Positions 1 through 8,821 of a stretch of DNA of 64,000 nucleotides are shown piece by piece; position 1 is the first letter of the stretch, and each line of letters opens with the position of its first letter. Below the pieces are notes generated by a model. The model was not told the origin of the DNA, made no database searches, and worked only from the letters and a program-made list of their open reading frames with translations. The position numbers were made by a program, and so were the translations under genes. Origin of the DNA: Thermoleophilia bacterium (GTDB lineage Bacteria > Actinomycetota > Thermoleophilia > UBA2241); contig JAXGLO010000001.1 of assembly GCA_040769125.1 (NCBI GenBank), forward strand, positions 736,868 to 800,867, given 5' to 3'.

Positions 1-1246
1 CCACAGTGATGTCGCTCATGCCCCGGCGGTAGATCAGCCACATCCAGGACGGGTCCGGCGGGGCGACCGCCAGCTGCAGGGTGTAGCCCTCCGGTATCCA
101 GGTGGGCAGGACGGTCCAGGACGACGTCCGCCGGGGCAGCTCGGAGACGGGGAAGGCGCGCTCCCCGAGGTCGATGCCGTACTTTCTTGGCGTATCGGTG
201 GGTCGCCGTTCGCTGTACCCGTCGGGTGCGTAGGTGAAGTCCGGCTTCATCGCGAAGGTCGCGGGGTCAACCGGCTCGTTGACGCGCAGGTTCCGGATGT
301 GGAAAGGCTTGAGCTCGAGCCGGTCGGCGCCGTGCGACCCGGGGACTGCGCTCAGTCGCAAGGTGATGCCGTACCGCTTGTCGACGATCGCAACGTAGAG
401 CGGTTTTCCGCCGCTGCTGTGAATCACGGCCCGGTAGGCGGGCCGACCATGGTAGACGGCGTCGGTAAGCACCACGTTCGGCTGCTCCTGGGTGAGCGCC
501 GTTCGCAGCTGACTCGAGAGCAGCCAGATCTGCTGGACGTCGCGTGGGCCGATCAGGATGCGGCCACCCACGATGACCAGCCCGCGGTAGTAGCGGTAGC
601 GTAACGCTACCGTCTGGCGCGTCACCGGGTTCACCGACCAGGCCTTCGACTGCGTGAAGCCGGTCGCCCCATCGACGACAACACGCCTTCTGACCATCGC
701 GGCAGACATCATCATCTCGCGCTTGAAGCGCGCCGGCGTGTTGCTGCTCCTGGCCGAGAGCCAGCCCTTGCTCAGATCCCTGTAGTCGGGGAGATAGTGG
801 ACGTCGAAAGACCTGTCCCCATTGCTCGTCGCCGCGAAGTCGACCAAGCTGATCTGCGCGCCGCCCCTGCCGGGAGCTGCATCGAAGATGAACGTGCCCT
901 GCAGGGAGTTCACCCGGGTGAGGCCCGCGTCGATCACGGCGACGAGCCTGGCGGCGTTAGCCGGGGGCGGGGCAGCCTGCTCGACGTCGGGGAACCCAGT
1001 CAGGCTCACGACGGCGACCAGCGCCAGCAGCGCCGCGAACCCTACGGCGGCCAGGAAGGACGGCCGGCGCAGCCGGTTCGTCGGTCTCGCATCCTGCCGG
1101 GCGGCACCGCGCTCACGGTCGATGCCCGAGAGCGCCGGCTCGAGGCGTTCCAGCATGGCTGTGTCCGGCTCGGGCAGGTCGACGGCCTGCTCCAGCAGCT
1201 CGCCCAGCTGGGGGTTTCGCCTTCCTCTGACGTCCTGAGTGCTCAT
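1..1246 (-). CDS. Putative membrane-anchored anti-sigma factor; partial, C-terminus runs off the window
   Basis: The minus-strand frame is open from the ATG at 1246 to the window edge and was absent from the ORF track because it has no stop in the window. Its ATG overlaps the sigma gene stop (ATGA). The product has a short cytoplasmic N-terminus, one TM helix (LAAVGFAALLALVAVVSL) and a large extracytoplasmic domain. The position directly after an ECF sigma gene is typical of anti-sigma factors. Confidence 0.55.
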   Translation of the reverse strand, partial: MSTQDVRGRRNPQLGELLEQAVDLPEPDTAMLERLEPALSGIDRERGAARQDARPTNRLRRPSFLAAVGFAALLALVAVVSLTGFPDVEQAAPPPANAARLVAVIDAGLTRVNSLQGTFIFDAAPGRGGAQISLVDFAATSNGDRSFDVHYLPDYRDLSKGWLSARSSNTPARFKREMMMSAAMVRRRVVVDGATGFTQSKAWSVNPVTRQTVALRYRYYRGLVIVGGRILIGPRDVQQIWLLSSQLRTALTQEQPNVVLTDAVYHGRPAYRAVIHSSGGKPLYVAIVDKRYGITLRLSAVPGSHGADRLELKPFHIRNLRVNEPVDPATFAMKPDFTYAPDGYSERRPTDTPRKYGIDLGERAFPVSELPRRTSSWTVLPTWIPEGYTLQLAVAPPDPSWMWLIYRRGMSDITV

Positions 1247-1854
1247 GACTCCTCCGTCCGGGGCGAAGTCGGCTGGGCCGACGGCGCGCGGCCGAGGGCC
1301 GCGCGGAACTTCCCGCGCGCTCGCTGCAGCCGGGAGCAGACGGTCCCTGGCGAGGTGCCGGTGATCCCGGCGACGCTTCGGTAGTCGTAGCCGTCGCGGT
1401 CGATCAGCAGGAGGACGAGACGCTGCTTCGGTGGCAGCTGCGCGAGCGCCTTCGCGATGAGGTCTCGTTCCTCAACCTCGTCGATCGCATCGCTCCCCCT
1501 CTGAGCGCCGCTGCCGACGTCATCCGGCAGCGGCTCCTCGGGGTGCCGGCGTCTGGTGCGCAGCTGCTCGAGCGCCGCCGTGTACGCGATGCGGTGCAGC
1601 CAGGTGCCGAGCGTGGACTGCCCGCGGAATCTGGGCAGGGCGCGATAGGCGCGCAGGAAGGTCTCCTGGAGTGTGTCGCGGCTGAGCTCGTCGTCCTGCA
1701 CGACGTAGAAGACGATCGCCCGAAGCCCGGGCTCGTACTTGCGGACGAGAGCCGCGAACGCTTCGTGGTCGCCGCTCTTCGCTGCCTCGAGCACATGATC
1801 GGGAAGCTCTCGCGACAGGGCGTCGCCGTCGACCGCGCTTCCGCCTGCTGACAC
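1243..1854 (-). CDS. ECF (sigma-70 family) RNA polymerase sigma factor
   Basis: Sigma regions 2 and 4 are visible (EAFAALVRKYEPGLRAIVFYVV ... LQETFLRAYRAL ... LPPKQRLVLLLIDRDGYDYRSVAGITGTSPGTVCSRLQRARGKF). The maximal ORF reaches 1998; I favour the GTG at 1854, which has a purine-rich SD-like sequence upstream. Confidence 0.8.
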   Translation of the reverse strand: MSAGGSAVDGDALSRELPDHVLEAAKSGDHEAFAALVRKYEPGLRAIVFYVVQDDELSRDTLQETFLRAYRALPRFRGQSTLGTWLHRIAYTAALEQLRTRRRHPEEPLPDDVGSGAQRGSDAIDEVEERDLIAKALAQLPPKQRLVLLLIDRDGYDYRSVAGITGTSPGTVCSRLQRARGKFRAALGRAPSAQPTSPRTEES

Positions 1855-1983
1855 TCGTTCGCCCCCTCTCGACGCCGCTCGCGGCAGTTGTCGGAGTCTC
1901 AGCCTGAATCTCAGCCCGAATACTACAGACGCGGCTTCCACCCGGCTCCTCTCGACCGCTTTCCTCATTAGATGCCGGGAGAG

Positions 1984-2110
1984 GCTGAAAGCATCCATGT
2001 GGTGCTGAAAGCGTCCACGCTGGTGCCGCCGAAAGCATCAACGCGGCGCTGAACGCATCCACGCGGTGCTGGAAACGTCCACGCGAGGCTTAACGCATCC
2101 ACGCGGCGTG
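1984..2110. repeat. Tandem array of about six ~20-21-nt repeats (consensus near GCTGAAAGCATCCACGCGGT) between the sigma and kinase genes
   Basis: Read directly in the sequence: gctgaaagcatccatgtggt / gctgaaagcgtccacgctggt / gccgccgaaagcatcaacgcggc / gctgaacgcatccacgcggt / gctggaaacgtccacgcgagg / cttaacgcatccacgcggcg. Confidence 0.8.
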
Positions 2111-2167
2111 GCCGCTCGATGAGAGGCTTCTCATTCGTGTCTCACGGCCTTCTCATGCTGGTCGCCC

Positions 2168-3169
2168 ATGATTCTCTCCGTACTCTGCAGTTTTCATAGC
2201 CAAGGCGGCAAAGCCATGCACGTGATGATGCCCTTCATGACTTGTACTCAGCCTCAGCCCGACAGCTGGACGGCGCCGGATGCATCCTGGGGCTTCCGCG
2301 AGGGCGACGAGATCGCTCCCGGGCGTCATGCGGTGCGCCTGCTCGGCGGCGGGGTTCGTTTCGAGGCGTATCTCGCCTGGGACGATCGGCTCCATGCACT
2401 CGTGGTCGCCAAGATGCTGCGTCCTGATCAGGTGGACGAGCCGGAGGCCCTCGCGGCGATGGCCGCGGAGGCTCAGGCGCTGGAGAGTCTGCAGCACCCC
2501 GTCATCGTACGCGCGTTCGACGCCGTGATCGACGGGGCCCGACCGCATCTCCTGCTCGAGCACCTCGACGGCCCACATCTTTCGACGGTGCTGCGCACGT
2601 CCGCGATCTCCATCGAGCAGGTGCTCCCGCTGGGGCTCCAGCTCTGCTCCGCGGTGCACTACATGGGCACACAAGGCGTCGTCCATCTGGATATCAAGCC
2701 GCGCAACGTCATCATGATGGGGCCGCCGCGGCTCATCGACTTCAGCCTCGCCCTGCGAACCGAGGAGCTCGCTCGAGTCTCGTCGCCGCTCGGCACGCCG
2801 AACTACATGGCGCCGGAGCAGTGCGACCCCTCCCTCTTCCGCCAGCTTGGCGGCGCCACCGACGTGTGGGGCATCGGCGTGACGCTCTACTGGGCGCTGG
2901 CGCAGCGCTCGCCGTTCCCGGAGCCGTCCTCAGATGAGAGCGCTCCGCTCGAGGAGCGCTACCCTCAGCTCGTGTACAGGCCGGTGCCGCTTCCGGCCGA
3001 CGTGACGCCGGCGCTCGCCGAGCTCGTCGAGACGATGCTCGCGCCGCTCCCCGAAGAGCGTCCGGCGGCATGGCAAGTTGCGGCCGAGCTGGAGCCGCTG
3101 GTAGCGGCGCTCCCCAGTCCTCGGCTCGGCCGGTTCCGGGTGAACAGCAGGAAGCGGGCGCGATGGTGA
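2168..3169 (+). CDS. Ser/Thr protein kinase (Hanks type, catalytic domain only, atypical motifs)
   Basis: Gly-rich loop LLGGGVRFEAYLA, VAK lysine, catalytic loop HLDIKPRN (HLD in place of HRD), DFS in place of DFG, and the APE motif (GTPNYMAPEQ). The real start may be a downstream Met (2216 or 2225). Confidence 0.8.
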   Translation: MILSVLCSFHSQGGKAMHVMMPFMTCTQPQPDSWTAPDASWGFREGDEIAPGRHAVRLLGGGVRFEAYLAWDDRLHALVVAKMLRPDQVDEPEALAAMAAEAQALESLQHPVIVRAFDAVIDGARPHLLLEHLDGPHLSTVLRTSAISIEQVLPLGLQLCSAVHYMGTQGVVHLDIKPRNVIMMGPPRLIDFSLALRTEELARVSSPLGTPNYMAPEQCDPSLFRQLGGATDVWGIGVTLYWALAQRSPFPEPSSDESAPLEERYPQLVYRPVPLPADVTPALAELVETMLAPLPEERPAAWQVAAELEPLVAALPSPRLGRFRVNSRKRARW

Positions 3170-3254
3170 GAACCTTCTCACCCCCGTCTCATCGGCGTTT
3201 CATGTGCAGGCGGCAGAGTGATAGCGACCTGCAAAGGCAGTTGTAGGAGGCAGC

Positions 3255-3647
3255 ATGACCACTCGCTTCATCCTTATCCTGACTATCGTTGCGCTCGTTC
3301 TCGGGGGCGTCGCTGCAGCGTTCGTCCAGGCGGGGTCTGGTGACGACTCCGGCTCACCGCTCGCGCCCGTCTCGACGTCGCCCGATCCGGCGCAGGAGCC
3401 CGATCCCGTGAAGACGTCCGTCAACAGCGACGCTCGCCACGACGACGTCGAGTCCGAGATGGAGGCATTCGAGGCCGACTGGGACGACGATGACCAGGGC
3501 GACGACGACAACACCCTCGCCAGCACGCCCAGCGTTCCCAGCGCGCGTAGCACTCCGAGCGTGCGCAGCAAGCCCAGCGCACCCAGCAAGCCGAGCGTAC
3601 GCAGCACACCGAGCGCTCCCAGCGCTCCAAGCGCCGCCACCAACTGA
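3255..3647 (+). CDS. Small membrane-anchored protein with an acidic region and a Pro/Ser hexapeptide-repeat tail
   Basis: AGGAGG RBS 6 nt upstream of the ATG. N-terminal TM helix (FILILTIVALVLGGVAAAF), a D/E-rich segment, then STPSVPSARSTPSVRSKPSAPSKPSVRSTPSAPSAPSAA encoded by an 18-nt periodic DNA repeat. Confidence 0.6.
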   Translation: MTTRFILILTIVALVLGGVAAAFVQAGSGDDSGSPLAPVSTSPDPAQEPDPVKTSVNSDARHDDVESEMEAFEADWDDDDQGDDDNTLASTPSVPSARSTPSVRSKPSAPSKPSVRSTPSAPSAPSAATN

Positions 3648-3803
3648 GAAACCAGTGAAGCGACCTGTCTCATGAGGCTTCGAGGATGCCGCGAGGGGGA
3701 GCGGTACCGATCCCTCTCGCGGCCGACCCATTGGCGCAGGCACCACCTCTGCGTTACGGTGAGAAGGTAGGGTCACGACGAACTGCGATAGGGAGGCGCG
3801 CGA

Positions 3804-4172
3804 ATGACCCGCATCGCCATCATCGCCATCGCTGCTCTGCTGGTCCTCGGCGTTGTGGGCACCACTCTCTCGAGAGCTCAGAATCGGGACCCGGGGCCGG
3901 CGATCATGCTCGAGAAGGAGCCCACCGGCGGCAACGAGTCCGGCCAAGACAAGGACGGCGGTGCTCGCGCCGAGGACGACGTGCGCGGTTATTACGAGGA
4001 CGCGGCGGTGAGCGACGACCGGGACGACGGGTTCACCGTCGCGCATCCGCAGCCCGTCGGGGGCGGCAACGTCCAGCCGGACGACGACGGCTGGGACGAC
4101 GACGGACCAGGCGATGACGGACGGGATGACGACGGACCGGACGACGATGACGACGGACCGGACGATGACTGA
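3804..4172 (+). CDS. Small membrane-anchored protein with an extremely Asp-rich C-terminal tail (paralogous architecture to 3255..3647)
   Basis: GGGAGG RBS. N-terminal TM helix (IAIIAIAALLVLGVVG) followed by low-complexity sequence DDDGWDDDGPGDDGRDDDGPDDDDDGPDDD. Confidence 0.6.
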   Translation: MTRIAIIAIAALLVLGVVGTTLSRAQNRDPGPAIMLEKEPTGGNESGQDKDGGARAEDDVRGYYEDAAVSDDRDDGFTVAHPQPVGGGNVQPDDDGWDDDGPGDDGRDDDGPDDDDDGPDDD

Positions 4173-4183
4173 CCCCACCCTGC

Positions 4184-5824
4184 TTGGGGGCGGGCGCCAC
4201 GACGCTGTGGAGTGACTGGATGGCTGGAGGGAGCGGGATTCCTCCGTCGCGGCCGACGGGCGGAGCGCAGGTCCTTGCGATCTTCGGGCCCGCTACGCCT
4301 TGGGCCGACAAGACCCTCAGCTATGAGGGGGATCAGTTCGTCCTCGAGGACCACGGCCCTATCGCCCCCGAGGTCGTTCTCTGGCACGACCAGCAGGGCA
4401 ACCTGGTGTGGCCGTACGAGGGGCTACGGAAATGGGCGCTTGGGGTGGCCTCGCGGCCGGCTTCGACAATCCGCCCGGTCGAGAGCTGTGCGGACAACCG
4501 GTGCGACGCGGACAACCGGTGCGCTGCGGATAATCGGTCGGTGGTTACGAACGACGAGCCCGCGGAGAAGAGCGAGTCGCGGACTCGGAGCAGGGCTCTG
4601 CTGCTGCCGGCCGTCTTCCTGATCGGGTTCGCTCTCGTCGGAGTGGTCGCGACGGTCGCCAAGGGCGGCTACCTCCGCGACGGTATCGGCATCGCCTGCG
4701 CGGCGATGGCCGGGGCCTTGGCCGTCCTCGGCGTCGTGAGCCTGGTTCGGCCGTCGGCGCTCAGCCGAAGCGCAGCTGCTTCCTCCTTCTCCCGTCTCTC
4801 ACCTGGTCGGCTCCCGCTGATCCTCGCCTGCCTGTGCGCGGCGTTCCTCGCCCTCGCCGCCGTGCTCTGGTGGCTGCCGCACTACGAGGTCATCGTTCCT
4901 GCCGACAAGCGTGTGGCGCTCGATGAAGCGCCGGCGCTGGTCGTTACGGTGAAGAACCGCGGCCTCCTGTCGGGTACCTACAAGGCCGTTTACCGGCTGG
5001 CGGGTCGAGCGGCGTCCTCTGTTGAGCTGGCGCTCAACGCCGGGCAGGAGCAGGCGGTTGCGTTGTCGCTGCCTCGAGACAGTCAATGCGGCCCGTACGT
5101 GCTGGAGCTGGGTTCGACGACGATCCCGGTGGAGGTGGTCCGCCCGGCCAGGTTCAGCGTCGGGCGGCTGAAGGCCGATCCCTCGGTCACCAAGGTCCGT
5201 CAGGCGGTAAAGGTGGTCGCCTCCGTCAAGAACGCCGGTGGTATCAGCGGAACCTTTCCAGGAGTCTTGCTGGCCAACGGGAGAAAGGTGAGCACGCGAC
5301 CCGCGGAGATTGGGGCTGGAGGCAGCGCAACGATTACGTTCGTCGTCTTGCCGGGCTCGCGAGGGCTCTGCCGTCTCCAGCTCGGCGACGCACGAACGAC
5401 CGTCATGGTGGTGCAGCCGGTGCGGCCACCGAACGGCAAGGTGCTTCATCGCCGGATTCGTGGCGGGAGGGCGCACCTCACCGTCAAGAACGCGAACGGG
5501 ATCGACGCGATGGTCATCCTGACGAGGGCCAAGTCGCCGAGGAAACCCGCTCTGGCGGTCTACGTGCGAGGACGCGGGAGCGCCAGCGTCCACAACGTGC
5601 CCGACGGCCGGTACATCGTGTGGGACTGTATCGGACGTGACTGGAACGCCCATACCAAGGGCTTTCTCGCCACCGAGGAGTACTCGCGGTGGCGCGACCC
5701 GCTGGTGTTTGCGACGAAGCGCCTGCCGGGTCGGGTGCGCTGGAAGAACTGGGCGCTCACGCTGGGAAGCGGCCCAAGCGAGAAGGCCGTCGTGACGTCG
5801 TCACGGCAGTTCCCGGAGCTGTAG
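4184..5824 (+). CDS. Polytopic membrane protein with CARDB-like (VKNxG) extracellular repeats
   Basis: Hydrophobic helices (LLLPAVFLIGFALVGVVATV, IACAAMAGALAVLGVVSLV, LILACLCAAFLALAAVLWWL) are followed by repeated VTVKNRG / VKNAGG / LTVKNANG beta-rich segments typical of CARDB domains. The ORF starts with TTG at 4184; the ATG at 4220 is an alternative start. Confidence 0.6.
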   Translation: MGAGATTLWSDWMAGGSGIPPSRPTGGAQVLAIFGPATPWADKTLSYEGDQFVLEDHGPIAPEVVLWHDQQGNLVWPYEGLRKWALGVASRPASTIRPVESCADNRCDADNRCAADNRSVVTNDEPAEKSESRTRSRALLLPAVFLIGFALVGVVATVAKGGYLRDGIGIACAAMAGALAVLGVVSLVRPSALSRSAAASSFSRLSPGRLPLILACLCAAFLALAAVLWWLPHYEVIVPADKRVALDEAPALVVTVKNRGLLSGTYKAVYRLAGRAASSVELALNAGQEQAVALSLPRDSQCGPYVLELGSTTIPVEVVRPARFSVGRLKADPSVTKVRQAVKVVASVKNAGGISGTFPGVLLANGRKVSTRPAEIGAGGSATITFVVLPGSRGLCRLQLGDARTTVMVVQPVRPPNGKVLHRRIRGGRAHLTVKNANGIDAMVILTRAKSPRKPALAVYVRGRGSASVHNVPDGRYIVWDCIGRDWNAHTKGFLATEEYSRWRDPLVFATKRLPGRVRWKNWALTLGSGPSEKAVVTSSRQFPEL

Positions 5825-5935
5825 CGGCGTGCGGGCGGCGGTCGGTTTGGTCTGGCGACGAGGCGCTGCGTGCTTGAGCACGCTCGGCGCCGTCGACGCC
5901 GTCCCGCTCTCGGCGGCAGTCCGGCAGGAAAGGCG

Positions 5936-7465
5936 ATGACCACGAGCAGGGGCACTACAGGCCGCGGAAGTCCGCCCGGGGGAGCCGGCACGCCGCGCTC
6001 CGGGCGCAAGCCCCTTCTGCGCCTGCCCTCCAGACTGGCCCTGACCGGCATCCGCACGCGTATCCTCCTGGGCTTCATCGTGATGCTCGCGATCGCCACG
6101 GCGGCGTCGCTCTTCGTTGCCTACGAAGTGGTCCAGACCAGACTGCACGAGCGTATCGACAGCGACCTTGCCCGAGAGGCTGAGGAGCTGCGGAAGATCG
6201 CGGCCGGCAAGGACCCCGCCACCGGCCGTAGTTTCGGCCAGAACGCGGCCAGGATCTTCAGGGTCTACTTCGACCAGACTTCACCGACGACGGGCGAGGT
6301 TGCACTCACGTTCGTCGATGGAAGCGAGTTCCTGCGCAGTCGCTCAGTCTCTGCCTCTTCCTCTCCGTCCTACCGCCTCGATACCGATGAGCAGCTCGTC
6401 TCCCACTGGAAGGCTCTCACGGAGCCGGAGCGCGACGGCGTCGACACGCCTGCCGGGAGAGTGGAGTACCTCGCCCTACCCCTGAAGGGCGACGGCCGCG
6501 TGCTCGGTACCTTCGTCGTCGCCGCATTCACCGATGTGCTGCAAGGCCCCTACAACGATGCGTTCCTGGCGGCCGGGGTCGTCGGCGTGGCGGTGCTTCT
6601 CATCGGCTCCCTGCTCGCCTGGCGCATGGCCGAGAGCGTCCTGCAGCCGGTCAGCGCGTTGACGCAGACGGCGCAAGGCATCTCCGAGACGGACCTGACG
6701 CAGCGGATCGAGGTGCGCGGTCACGACGAGCTCGCCGGCCTCGCTGCTACCTTGAACGCAATGCTCGACCGGCTCGAGCGGACCCTGTTGAGTCAGAGGC
6801 GCTTTCTCGACGATGCGGGGCACGAGCTGCGCACCCCGATCACGATCGTCCGTGGGCATCTCGAGCTGCTCGAGGACGACCCTGAGGAGCGGCGGGCGAC
6901 GCTGGATCTCGTGATGGATGAGCTCGACCGCATGACGCGTATGGTCAACGATCTCATCCTGCTCTCGAAGGCCGAGCGTCCCGACTTTCTTAAGCTTGAA
7001 GCGGTCGAGGTGGCGGTGCTGACCGACGAAGTCCTGACCAAAGCGCGTGCGCTGGGAGCGCGGGGCTGGCGGCTCGACGCTTGCGGCAAAGGCGTTATCA
7101 CGGTGGACCGCCAGCGCCTCACCCAGGCGCTCGTGCAGCTCGCGCAGAACGCCGTCACGTACACGCAGGAGGGGGATGAGGTCTCGCTTGGGTCCGCCGT
7201 CGAGGGCGGTGAGGCGCGCTTCTGGGTGCGCGATGACGGCCTCGGCATCGCGGTGGCCGACCAGGAGAGGATCTTCGAGCGCTTCGAGCGCGGCGGGGCC
7301 AGAGGGCCGAGCGGCGGCTCTGGCCTGGGTCTCTCGATCGTGCGCGCGATCGCCGGGGCGCACGGCGGCCGGGTGGATCTGTTCAGCGCCCCCGGCGCGG
7401 GCTCGTTGTTTACAATCGTGGTGCCCGTCGACGGGCCTCGCGGCACGGGGAAGGAGGAAGGATGA
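5936..7465 (+). CDS. Sensor histidine kinase (HAMP-HisKA-HATPase_c)
   Basis: H-box LDDAGHELRTPITIVRGHLELL and ATP-lid motifs DDGLGI ... GGSGLGLSIVRAIAGAHGG. TM helix LLGFIVMLAIATAASLFVAY. I place the start at ATG 5936 (RBS AGGAAAGG); the track ORF begins at 5870. Confidence 0.85.
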   Translation: MTTSRGTTGRGSPPGGAGTPRSGRKPLLRLPSRLALTGIRTRILLGFIVMLAIATAASLFVAYEVVQTRLHERIDSDLAREAEELRKIAAGKDPATGRSFGQNAARIFRVYFDQTSPTTGEVALTFVDGSEFLRSRSVSASSSPSYRLDTDEQLVSHWKALTEPERDGVDTPAGRVEYLALPLKGDGRVLGTFVVAAFTDVLQGPYNDAFLAAGVVGVAVLLIGSLLAWRMAESVLQPVSALTQTAQGISETDLTQRIEVRGHDELAGLAATLNAMLDRLERTLLSQRRFLDDAGHELRTPITIVRGHLELLEDDPEERRATLDLVMDELDRMTRMVNDLILLSKAERPDFLKLEAVEVAVLTDEVLTKARALGARGWRLDACGKGVITVDRQRLTQALVQLAQNAVTYTQEGDEVSLGSAVEGGEARFWVRDDGLGIAVADQERIFERFERGGARGPSGGSGLGLSIVRAIAGAHGGRVDLFSAPGAGSLFTIVVPVDGPRGTGKEEG

Positions 7466-8136
7466 GCCGCATTCTGATAGTCGAAGATGAGGAGCGCATC
7501 GCCTCCTTTCTCGCGAAAGGCCTCCGTGCGCAGGGCTACGTCACCGACATCGCGGCGACCGGCAGCGATGGGCTGGCACGTGCGTTGAGCGGCGACGCCG
7601 ACCTCGTGATCCTCGACATCGGCCTGCCCGACCGGGACGGCTTCTCGGTTCTCAGGGAGCTGCGTCAGTACGACCGGCGCCTCCCGGTGGTGATCCTCAC
7701 CGCCCGCGACGACGTGGAGGACAAGGTCGCCGGGTTCGACGAAGGCGCCAACGACTACGTCACCAAGCCGTTCAAGTTCGACGAGCTCCTCGCGCGCGTG
7801 CGCGTCCGCCTGCGCGAGGGCGAGCGCGCTCCCGCTGAGACGGTGATGCGCGTCGGCGACCTCGCCCTCGATCTGCGGACGCGCCGCGCGCGCGTTGGGC
7901 AGAGGGAGGTCGAGCTGAGCGCCCGCGAGTTCGCCCTCGCCGAGCTTCTCTTCCGGCATCCGGGCCAGGTGCTGAGCCGCGAGCAGATACTCAACAACGT
8001 GTGGGGCTACGGCTTCGACCCGGGTTCGAACATCGTCGACGTCTATATCGGGTATCTGCGCAAGAAGCTCGGGCGCGACTCCATCACGAGCGTTCGCGGC
8101 ATGGGGTACCGGCTGGAGAAGAAGGAAGCCGGCTGA
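7462..8136 (+). CDS. OmpR-family response regulator
   Basis: Receiver domain (ILIVEDE ... LVILDIGLPDRDG ... VVILTARDD ... DDYVTKPF) plus a winged-helix output domain (LSAREFALAELL ... GYRL). It overlaps the kinase gene by 4 nt (ATGA). Confidence 0.9.
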   Translation: MSRILIVEDEERIASFLAKGLRAQGYVTDIAATGSDGLARALSGDADLVILDIGLPDRDGFSVLRELRQYDRRLPVVILTARDDVEDKVAGFDEGANDYVTKPFKFDELLARVRVRLREGERAPAETVMRVGDLALDLRTRRARVGQREVELSAREFALAELLFRHPGQVLSREQILNNVWGYGFDPGSNIVDVYIGYLRKKLGRDSITSVRGMGYRLEKKEAG

Positions 8137-8254
8137 GCCGGTCGCTCCGCTCGCCGGCCGGCGTTCGTTGCCGTGCGACTGGATCAGGCGGTTAGCCGGC
8201 GGAATCCGCGCTTGTCAGGCGTGCTCACGCAGCGGCGAACGAGATGTTCAGGTA

Positions 8255-8332
8255 CTCGCGGCCGGCCGCTCGTGAGGCCGCCGGCGCCACGGCGAGTCAG
8301 CTTGACCCGCTTGTCAGTGGTCGGCAGTCCGC
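8255..8332. repeat. Copy a of an ~80-nt GC-rich repeat element that abuts toxin-antitoxin modules
   Basis: ctcgcggccggccgctcgtgaggccgccggcgccacggcgagtcagcttgacccgcttgtcag... aligns with the elements at ~30756 and ~31287. It ends directly at the brnA stop codon. Confidence 0.6.
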
Positions 8333-8336
8333 TTCT

Positions 8337-8570
8337 TCAACGTGCCCTCTGTCTCTGCTCGAGCCGCTCGGCGATCCAGACCTTGATGATGGACTGGCGG
8401 GTCACCCCGAGGCGCCTCGCCTCGCGGTCGAGCGACTCGACCATCCAGACGGGGAAGTCGACGTTGACGCGCCGCTGCTCGTGGCCCGGTCGCCGGGCTG
8501 CCTTGAGGTCGAGCTCACCGCTCACGTCCTCGCCGGCGTCGAAGCGCCTGTCGAACTCGTTATCCTTCAT
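8337..8570 (-). CDS. brnA: BrnA-type (ribbon-helix-helix) antitoxin
   Basis: The VNVDFPVWMVESLDREARRLGVTRQSIIKVWIAERLE motif is characteristic of BrnA (COG3514). I place the start at the Met of MKDNEF (8570); its ATG would overlap the stop of an intact brnT. Confidence 0.75.
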   Translation of the reverse strand: MKDNEFDRRFDAGEDVSGELDLKAARRPGHEQRRVNVDFPVWMVESLDREARRLGVTRQSIIKVWIAERLEQRQRAR

Positions 8571-8821
8571 AGAGCGCCACCTCCTCAGCACGCGAGCGGC
8601 GCACCGAGATCAGGCGGATGGCCTCACTGCGGTAGGGTGATGACCGCCGACCAGTGCTTGCCGTCGATCACGCCCACAACCAGGAAGCGCAATTCGTCCG
8701 AGGTGCGGGCCGGGATTTCGATAAGCAGCTCGTCGAGCCACAGCGCCTGCGCGGCCACGAAGTCGATACCGTGCTTGGCCTGATTGGCGCGGCTCTTGCG
8801 CTCGTCGAGCTCGAACTGCAA
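8560..8821 (-). pseudogene. brnT: BrnT-family (DUF497) toxin gene interrupted by a +1 frameshift near its 3-prime end
   Basis: MQFELDERKSRANQAKHGIDFVAAQALWLDE ... FLVVGVIDGKHWSAVIT matches the BrnT N-terminal and core. The in-frame ORF stops after ITLPQ at 8624, but shifting one base restores the expected C-terminus ...ITYRSEAIRLISVRRSRAEEVALYEG*, whose stop overlaps the brnA ATG. An extra C in the run atcaccCtaccg explains the break. Confidence 0.6.

Noticed and set aside
1984-2110. Possible CRISPR array (tandem 20-nt repeats), also checked at 42551..42644 and 57698..57745
   Set aside because: Repeat units are directly adjacent with no spacers, are short and degenerate, and no cas genes are present anywhere in the window. 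They are simple tandem repeats.
3354-4178. Long minus-strand ORFs opposite real genes (for example 3354..4178, 4799..5653, 6476..7363, 6793..7959, 19899..20930, 21684..22793, 35415..36407, 36478..37080, 37824..39158, 38114..39655 +, 55668..56837, 56393..57505, 59799..60575, 60572..61375)
   Set aside because: They are open frames on the opposite strand of well-supported genes in >65% GC DNA. Their translations are Arg/Ala/Pro-rich low complexity with no motifs, which is typical of GC-bias artefacts.
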